DNA of 64,000 bases, taken from assembly GCA_002269645.1 (NCBI GenBank), contig NIVC01000930.1:248001-312000 (forward strand). The letters run 5' to 3'. Below are positions 44,170 to 64,000 of the stretch, one piece after another. Position 1 is the stretch's first letter. Each line of letters begins with the position of its first letter. The notes under the pieces were generated by a model. The model was not told where the DNA came from. It did no database searches and was given only the letters and a program-made list of their open reading frames with translations. Source of the stretch: Macrostomum lignano (Eukaryota). The position numbers were made by a program, and so were the translations under genes.

Positions 44170-45420
44170 CTGGGACCCTTCTACATGCACCAGAACCTTT
44201 CTAGATAGAGCAGAGCCCTTCTAGATACCCCAGGACCCTTCTAGATACACCAGAACCCTTCTAGATACATCAGGACCCTTATGGATACACCAGGACCTTT
44301 CTAAATACACCAGAACCCTTCTAGATACATCAGAATCCTTCTACATACATCAGAGCCCTTCTAGATACACCAGAACCCTTCTAGATACACCAGAACCTTA
44401 TGGATACACCAGAGCCCTTCTACATACATCAGAGCCCTTCTAGATACACCAGAACCCTTCTAGATACACCAGAACCCTTCTAGATACACCAGAACCCTTA
44501 TAGATACACCAGAGCCCTTCTACATACACATGACCCTTCTAGATACACCAGAACCCTTCTAGATACACCAGAACCTTTCTAAATACACCAGAACTCTTCT
44601 AGATACACCAGAACCCTTCTAGATACACCAGAACCCTTCTAGATACACCAGAACCCTTATAGATACACCAGGACCTTTCTAAATACACCAGAACCCTTCT
44701 AGATACACCAGAATCCTTCTACATACACCAGAACCCTTCTAGATACACCAGAACCCCTCTAGATACACCAGGACTCTTATGGATACACCAGAACCCTTCT
44801 ACATACATCAGAGCCCTTCTAGATACACCAGAACCCTTCTAGATACACCAGAACCCTTCTACATACACATGACCCTTCTAGATACACCAGAACCCTTCTA
44901 GATACACCAGAACCTTTCTAAATACACCAGAACTCTTCTAGATACACCAGAGCCCTTCTAGATACACCAGAACCCTTCTAGATACACCAGAACCCTTCTA
45001 GATACACCAGAACCCTTCTACATACACCAGAACCCTTCTACATACACCAGAACCCCTCTAGATACACCAGAACCCTTATAGATACACCAGAACCCTTCTA
45101 GATACACCAGAACCCTTCTAGATACACCAGAACCTTTCTAGAAACACCAGAACCCTTCTACATACACACCAGAACCCTTCTACATACACCAGAACCCTTC
45201 TAGATACATCAAGACCCTTCTACATGTATAATAGATACACCAGAACCTTTCTAGAAACACCAGAACCCTTCTACATACACCAGAACCCTTCTAGATACAT
45301 CAAGACCCTTCTACATGCATAATAGATACACCAGAACCTTTCTAGAAACACCAGAACCCTTCTACATACACCAGAACCCTTCTACATACACCAGGACCCT
45401 TCTAGAATCTTCTAGACACA
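44170..45420 (+). repeat. 20-bp minisatellite (CTAGATACACCAGAACCCTT)n
   Basis: Direct reading, about 60 copies. Confidence 0.95.
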
Positions 45421-45934
45421 CTAGTCCTTGAACTCCATTTATCGCCATTAATTAGATTCATATTCATAATTGATTTTTTAGTTGTGAAATATACAGCTGG
45501 ACTTATTTGACGTTATGTTTGATTCAATTTTAGACGAAACAAGCAATCTAGCAAAGATACCTGTGTGGGCACAGAAGACTCACGACATTCTTACGTCACG
45601 CAATAATTAACAGCGCTGAGAAAGTGTCAGCTAACTGAAGCAGAAGGCCGATGCACGTGAAAATTTAGATTTCTGCTTTTTTAGCACTCAATTTACAATA
45701 TCATATGTGTTCTGTCCGAGGTCCACTCACAAGTCCATCTCGACATTGGCAAAAGGGACTTCAATTTTGGAAAGCTCATTGACAAAAAATTAACCTGCCG
45801 GCAATATGTCTATGGCCTTCACATTGTACATCGAACTGAGTGACTGATCGGTGAGTGCATGGGCACTGGAATTCCGACATCGACCCGCTTCGAGCACAGG
45901 TAAGTGGTTCATCAGCTGCTCCCAACTTTTTAGT

Positions 45935-46558
45935 TTAGTGCACTCATTTTAGCCCAGCAGGTACTCATTTTAGCGCCGCAGACACTCATTTTAGCACCGC
46001 AGGCACTCATTTTAGCGTCGCAGATACTCATTTTAGCGCCGCAGGTACTCATTTTAGCGCCGCAGGCACTCATTTTAGCGCCGCAGGCACTCATTTTAGC
46101 GTCGCAGATACTCATTTTAGCCCCGCAGGTACTCATTTTAGCGCCGCAGATACTCATTTTAGCGCCACAGGCACTCATTTTAGCGCCGCAGACACTCATT
46201 TTAGCGCCGCAGGTACTCATTTTAGCGCCGTAGGCACTCATTTTAGCGTCAGGGGCACTCCTTTTAGCGCCGCAGGTACTCATTTTAGCGCCGCAGGTAC
46301 TCATTTTAGCGCCGCAGACGCTCATTTTAGCGCCATGGGCACTCATTTTAGCGTCAGGGGCACTCCTTTTAGCACCGCAGGCATTCATTTTAGCGCCGCA
46401 GGTACTCATTTTAGCGCCACAGGCACTCATTTTAGCGCCACAGGCACTATATTTTGTCACCCTAAAGCAAAACTATTAATTTTCATAACGGATCACTAGG
46501 TGGATGGGGGGCAAAGCATTGGCATGTCCCCCCGCCCCCCCCGATGGCGACGCCCCTC
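45935..46558 (-). mobile_element. Minisatellite-carrying element (21-bp CTCATTTTAGCGCCGCAGGTA array + conserved flank + GGCGACGCCCC terminus)
   Basis: Array and the ~100-bp flank 46445-46540 match the reverse complement of 60645-60740. Confidence 0.7.
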
Positions 46559-47104
46559 TGTTTAGTTTTTTACATGCCTCTTTATTCAGCTTCCTTGTTG
46601 CCATGCAGCTAAGCCCTTACAGATCTGGCTCATCCCCCTAGAGCTGATCTCATCTGATCACGGGGGGACAGCTACGAGTGAGGCTTACTCAAAATTGTAA
46701 TCATTATTTGTCAAACGAGAAAGTGAATGGAATGAGAACAAAGCAATGCTTGAAAGAAGAATATGATCGGCTTGGCTGAGAAAGATGTAATTAGAGAAGA
46801 AGTCTCCAGTGTTTGCATTACTCAATACGCTTTCACTGTCATGAAACACAGTTGGAAAGGATTAACGTGCAAACGTTATAGGGTAACGAAATGAACGGAA
46901 GGGCAAGTCTTGTGAGCCAACAAAAGCTGACATTTCCGCTATCTGACTTCATTGTTGTTGCACCCACACGGTACAGCGCCTTTATAGACACAGTGCATTG
47001 TTCAAACATTCAATTACCTGAGCGACTCGTCCTGCTGCTTCAATATCACTCTCACGCCAAACAAGACCCTGGGTTCTATTCCGCTAGCGGTCAAGTCAAA
47101 AATT

Positions 47105-47775
47105 CTGAGATGGGTGAGATTCAGGCAAAAGAGAAGGAGATGGGTGAGAGTCACACAGAAGTGAAGATGGAGATGGGTGAGAGTCACATAGGAGTCTATA
47201 GGGAGATGGGTGAGAGTCACACAGAAGTGAAGATGGAGATGGGTGAGAGTCACCCAGGAGTCGAGAAGGAGATGGTTGATAGTCACACAGAAGTGGAGAG
47301 GGAGATGGGTGAGAGTCACACAGAAGTAAAGAGGGAGATAGATGAGAGTCACACAGGAGTCGAGAAAGAGATGGTTGAGAGTCACACAGGAGTGGAGAGG
47401 GAGATGGGTGAGAGTCACACATGAGTCTAGAGGGAGATGGGTGAGAATCACACATGAGTCGAGAAAGAGATGGTTGAGAGTCACACAGGAGTGGAGAGGG
47501 AGATGGGTGAGAGTCACACAGGAGTGGAGAAGGAGATGTGTGAGAGTCACACAGGAGTCGAGAAGGAGATGTGTGAGAGTCACACAGGAGTCGAGAAGGA
47601 GATGGGTGAGAGTCACACAGGAGTGAGAAGGAGATGGGTGAGAGTCACACAGGAGTGGAGAAGGAGATGGGTGAGAGAGTCACACAGGAGTGGAGAAGGA
47701 GATAGGTGAGAGTCACACAGGAGTGGAGAAGGAGATGGGTGAGAGTCACACAGGAGTCGAGAAGGAGATAATTGA
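47105..47775 (+). repeat. 33-bp minisatellite (GAGATGGGTGAGAGTCACACAGGAGTGGAGAAG-like)
   Basis: Direct reading. Confidence 0.9.
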
Positions 47776-48680
47776 GATTCCATGTCAACAACGTTTAAAA
47801 AAGGAAGGTTAAAACAAAGATTCAAGCTGCCCTCATAGTGTTGCTTTCATTTGAAACACTTCATTTTAGCGATTTGTCCCAGCACATTGTCCTTCCAATG
47901 CGCTCAAGCTCCAGTCTATGAGTAGCTCGCATTTCGATATTCTGCTCTGACTAGGCCGCCTAGATTTAACAAGCCTAGATTTAACAAGTGAATACTGAAT
48001 AATGGTGTCTGGTGAACTCTGCCGTGGATGCTTGAGACCAAAAAAATGACAATTAGTCGGGCGCAGTGACATGCATCACTTGAGCGGCAGGGGGGAACGG
48101 GATGGGTTTGACATCTTTTTACTTGAATCTCGGATCTCTCACCTTCAGAGACTTATAGCTGATATGGCAGCCTGGCACGCCTTCTGTGCCTTCTGCAGCT
48201 TCCTTCCTATTAACATGCATTCCGATTAAAGTTCAGCCGACTGCAGTTGTCGATCATATACTCGTATTAACTTGGCTTTACTTTTTTAAAATTTTGACTT
48301 ACACAAATTTTCATTGTCGTTTCCAGTTGGACGATTGTCCATAGTTAAGACGGAGCTCGCCGCCAACACTTTTTATATTGGTAGTTTTATTAATAAGACA
48401 AATTAATAAACAATCAGATGGATGTGCGATTCAAGTTGCCGGTAGTTTAGTGTTGGAATTTGTTTATTTAACTCTGCTTGGTTGTTACAACACCAGCTCA
48501 TTGTCAGCTATTCCAGTGTTCGGCAGTGGAGCTGATGCTCAGGACAACAGATGGAGCTGTGGGAGAGAAGGGATCCATCGCGCACTTTGAGGATTACACT
48601 AAGCACGGGAGTGGAGGCGTCATCCTGGGGTTGCAGTGCCAACAATGGCGCCCGAGTCACATAGCTCAGTCCTGGACACT

Positions 48681-48947
48681 TCATCGCCGACCGAACTCAT
48701 ACCACTTCTTGCTGAGCTGCCGACTGTGACGACCTCCGCCGCGATGATGCTGCCGATGCTGTTTCTGCTGCTCAAAGGCCAGAAATTCGAGGGCGTCCTC
48801 GCCGTATCGTTCGACAAACGCGCGAACAAATGCGACGTCTTCGGCTTGCTCGGCCAAGGTGCCGATCGACCTGGCGTCGGCGTTGAAGTCCGCGACGGAC
48901 AGCATCACGGCGACGGCCAGCAAGACCAGGGCGGACAGGCGCTGCAT
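48681..48947 (-). CDS. Single-exon neuropeptide precursor, 88 aa, predicted amidated peptide WYEF-NH2
   Basis: Signal peptide MQRLSALVLLAVAVMLSVA; ends AAG AAG TGG TAT GAG TTC GGT CGG CGA TGA (KK-WYEF-G-RR-stop); GC-rich codons; TATA-like CATAAATA at 49043-49036. Confidence 0.85.
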   Translation of the reverse strand: MQRLSALVLLAVAVMLSVADFNADARSIGTLAEQAEDVAFVRAFVERYGEDALEFLAFEQQKQHRQHHRGGGRHSRQLSKKWYEFGRR

Positions 48948-50139
48948 GATGGCTTGCTTGGGTAGGATGGAGGCTGCAGAACTCCGCGATGAAGAGAAAC
49001 CCGGGGAAGGGGGGGGGCGGTGACGGTTAGAGGCGTATTTATGAGTGTGCTGACGAGTGTAATTTCAATGCCTATTAATCAAGCAGCCTGATGCACTATT
49101 CCAACCCAATCTGAGCAGTTACTCACCGGTCTAAAGGAGTCAGTGGAATGAGCTGATTCAAGCTTACTTAAAGCCTATTTTTATTTGTTTTACTTGTCTC
49201 GTCTGGACGTTTAAACACTGCCAGAACCAGCACGGGACTGAGGCCTTTTTATATAGCATTCCGCATTGGCTTAAGGGACCTTTCAAACTAACTCCTAATT
49301 TGAACCCCAGGGGGGAGCTCGATAAGCTGTCTTCTTTTTGGGAAAAATTAAAAATCTGCAAAACCTGTCCGGGTCCGAGAAACTGGGACAGTCGGTCAAG
49401 ACAGACGCAGTCAGAATTCAAATGATTACAAATTGTGCCACAAATAATTCTAACATGAAAATTCAATTTAACAACTTGAAACAAGGATTTGTGTTTTTAG
49501 CTGCTGGAAAACCCTCGGGGCCAACCAAAATAAGCAGAAACTGACAAAAAACACATACCTCTGCTTCCAATTAGGACTAAAAGATGTGCAAACAATTCAA
49601 TTCCTGGGCGTTGTTGGCAAAGCAACTGCCGCGCACACCTGGCGTTGGGCGTTGGTTAATATACGACTTCAGGGTAAGGGCGGGGCTACCACGCCATTGG
49701 TGCGAGGGAGACCAATGAGCGGTAAATCGATATGAATCCCGCATCATCTCTGACACCGATTGATGTTTGAGAAGCCGCTGCTAGCTGGGACGGAATCGAT
49801 GTCAGTATTATGGTTTTTACTCTGCGAAACACCAACAACAGGTGTGATCAATATTTATACGATTTTATCTGGTTAAGATGCTGCGTAGAAAGCAGACAAG
49901 CAGGAAAAATATGGTAACAATGCTCTTTGTCGACTTTTTATAGCTATTTCAGCTTGAGCAAATATTGCTGCAAGAGACAAGTGGGCACAGAGGCATCAAA
50001 TTTGGGATAATTTTATAGTATAAAAACCGAGAGTGCAAGTGAATGTACTTTTGGACAGGGAGCTTCGTGAGTAGTAACGTGTAAGTGCAAGGCGGCAGGG
50101 AGGGCAGGACAAGCAGGTGGCCTGAGTGAGACTCAGATG

Positions 50140-50945
50140 GGAGAGGGAGATGGGTGAGATTCAGACAGGAGAAAGAGATGGGTGAGATTCAGACAGGAAA
50201 GGAGATGGGTGAGATTTAGACAGGAGAAGGAGATGGGTGAGATTCAGACAGGAGAAGGAGATGGATGAGATTCAGACAGGAGAAGGAGATGGGTGAGATT
50301 CACACAGGAGAAGGAGATGGGTAAGATTCAGACAGGAGAAAGAGATGGGGTGAGATTCAGACAGGAGAAGGAGATGGGGTGAGATTCAGACAGGAGAAGA
50401 AGATGAGTGAGATTCAGACAGGAGAAGGAGATGGGGTGAGATTCAGACAGGTGAAGGAGATGGGTGAGATTCACACCAGAGAAGGAGATGGGTGAGATTC
50501 AGACAAGAGAAGGAGATGGCTGAGATTCAGACAGGGGAATGAGATGGGTGAGATTCAGACAAGAGAAGGAGATGGGTGAGATTCAGACAAGAGAAGGAGA
50601 TGGGTGAGATTCAGACAAGAGAAGGAGATGGCTGAGATTCAGACAGGGGAATGAGATGGGTGAGATTCAGACAAGAGAAGGAGATGGGTGAGATTCAGAC
50701 AAGAGAAGGAGATGGGTGAGATTCAGACAAGAGAAGGAGATGGGGTGAGATTCAGACAGGAGAAAGAGACGGGTGAGAGTCAGGCAGGAGATGGAGACGG
50801 GAGAGAGTCAGGCAGGAGATGGAGACGGGTGAGAGTCAGGCAGGAGATGGAGACGGGCAAGAGTCAGGCAGGAGATGGAGACGGGCGAGAGTCAGGCAGG
50901 AGATGGAGACGGGTGAGAGTCAGGCAGGAGATGGAGACGGGGCAG
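50140..50945 (+). repeat. 28-bp minisatellite (GAGATGGGTGAGATTCAGACAGGAGAAG)n, related to the 47.1-kb array
   Basis: Shared GAGATGGGTGAGA(G/T)TCA(C/G)ACAGGAG core. Confidence 0.9.
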
Positions 50946-51164
50946 AATCAGAAACCAGTAACAAATTGAATATCTTGACTTAAAACTCTTCACTCGGTGA
51001 GTCAGTTGAAAGTTTTCTTTTTTGGATGCGAAAGAGAAAATATTTTGTATATACTACTGTTCTGTATATACTATCAGATACTAAAGTAGTATCTGATGCT
51101 TGGAAGCTAAACTTCTAAAACGTTAAAAAGTGAAGCCACTACCAATAAATGATGTAGAGTGCCA

Positions 51165-51850
51165 GTAGATGACGGAGAGTGCCAGTAGATGAAAGGGAAT
51201 GTCATTAGAGGACGGAGATTGTCAGTAGATTTCAGCGAGTGCCACTAGATGGCAGCCAGTGCCAGTAGATGACGGAGAGTGCCAGTAGATGGCGGAGAGT
51301 GCCAGTAGATGACAGCGAGTGCCATTAGATGACAGCGAGTACCAGTAGATGACGGAGAGTGCCCAGTAGATGGCGGAGAGTGCCAGTAGATGACAGCGAG
51401 TGCCATTAGATGACAGCGAATACCAGTAGATGGCGCAGAGTGCCAGTAGATGACAGCGAGTGCCATTAGATGACAGCGAGTGCCATTAGATGACAGCGAG
51501 TGGCAGTAGATGGCGGAGAGTACCAGTAGATGACGGAGAGTGCCAGTACAGGAAGGGGAATGTCATTAGATGAAAGGGAATGTCATTAGATGAAAGGGAA
51601 TGTCATTAGATGAAAGGGAATGTCATTAGAATATGGAGATTTTCAGTAAATTTCAGCAAGTGCCAGTAGATGGCGAGTGCCAGTAGATGGTAGCCAGTGC
51701 CAGTAGATGGTAGCCAGTGCCAGTAGATGGTAGCCAGTGCCAGTAGATGGTAGCCAGTGCCAGTAGATGGTAGCCAGTGCCAGTAGATGGTAGCCAGTTC
51801 CAGTAGATGGCAGCGGCTGCCAGTAGATGACAGCGAGTACCAGTAGATGA
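51165..51850 (+). repeat. Compound 19-20-bp minisatellites (GCCAGTAGATG core)
   Basis: Direct reading. Confidence 0.9.
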
Positions 51851-52886
51851 CGGGAGTATAACTGGGTTCTATCAGAGTCCAAGCCAGTTTAACTAAGCCA
51901 CAGGAAGCTGGCAAACCACCCCCTACTTTCCCATTCCATTCTCATCTTGCTTGCAACGATCGGGTCGCATGGCAATAAAACCCGGCCTCAATATGGTGAA
52001 GCCAAGCGTTCCCGATGATGCTTGCTAAACAATAAAATCGCCCCCGGGTCGGGGGCACAATGCTCCGGTTGGCAATGTCTTTATTGCCGCGGCTCTACAA
52101 CCAACAAAAAATATTTCCAACAGCAGTAAACTCAGCCTCTCAAAGCCACAATAGCTTTGGTGAGGGGAGCTGCTCCAGGTTCTGCGCAAAGATTCCTCAA
52201 GAGCCTGGAGTAGCCGGTGAGAGAGGCTGGAAAGCGCAGACTGAAGATGAGGACCGTAAGTCAACCCCCCCAGCCATCCCTTGATGATGATGGGGGCAAA
52301 CCAGCCATACCAGACTCTCCTCTCCATTCTATTTCAGCTGCACTCACTGTCTCAAGCGCGGTCGGTCAGTTCCTCAATAATTGATCCAGTCAGGGATGCG
52401 ACCAGGGATGAGGAGCCGGGGTGACTGACTGCCCCAGCCTTGGCTGGGGAAGTGCTGAATATTCGCGCCAGTGGGAAGTTGAAAAGCTGAAAGAAGTTGA
52501 GAAATTCTCTGAAAGGAAAAACGCTTTTAAAACTACAATTCAGTGCGGCTGGAGTCTGCATGGCAGGCGCTCCCCACAGTCAGTGGCGGGGTTTCATTGT
52601 TGCCGTTTGGTCCATTCCAGTCCCTTCCCCATTTCCTCTAGCGATAGTTTTTTCTCCCTATTTTCCCCCATCGCTAAACCTGGGGGGTTTGACTGATTGG
52701 TTAAAAGGGGAGAGAGGGAGAGAGCCCTGCTGAGGCGGGATTTTCTTCCCAGTTCTCTCTCTCTCTCTCTCACCAAAAACCGACTGCTATCATCGCCTCC
52801 AGTAAAATCGCCAATTTCTCATTTTTCTGGCAACTGAGAGTAGAAATTCTGAGAACAAATCTTTTAAAAGGCATTGAAAAAGAAAC

Positions 52887-64000
<11,114 letters not shown>

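Overview
Eukaryotic (animal) genomic DNA, not prokaryotic. It carries GT-AG intron-split genes separated by about 30 different micro- and minisatellite arrays. The mix of GC-rich exons and ~20-bp minisatellites in most introns suggests a free-living flatworm such as Macrostomum, but this is inference only. Seven protein-coding genes were reconstructed by reading splice sites and phases by hand. Minus strand: a 7-EC delta-type protocadherin (runs off the left edge), a claudin/PMP22-like 4-TM protein, a 149-aa secreted protein with a knottin plus a prokineticin-like Cys module, PNUTS/PPP1R10, a quiver/sleepless-like Ly6 GPI protein and a single-exon neuropeptide precursor (KK-WYEF-G-RR). Plus strand: an FSTL4/5-like Kazal-Ig protein (runs off the right edge). 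Mobile DNA includes a Gypsy 3' remnant (integrase, PPT, LTR), tRNA-derived SINEs (one with a CORE/MIR-like domain), a hAT-type non-autonomous element with an 8-bp TSD, a minisatellite-carrying TIR element in three copies, and a possible decayed viral SF1-helicase fragment. Most long ORFs in the supplied track are artefacts of tandem repeats or antisense shadows of exons. No CRISPR array or rRNA was seen.
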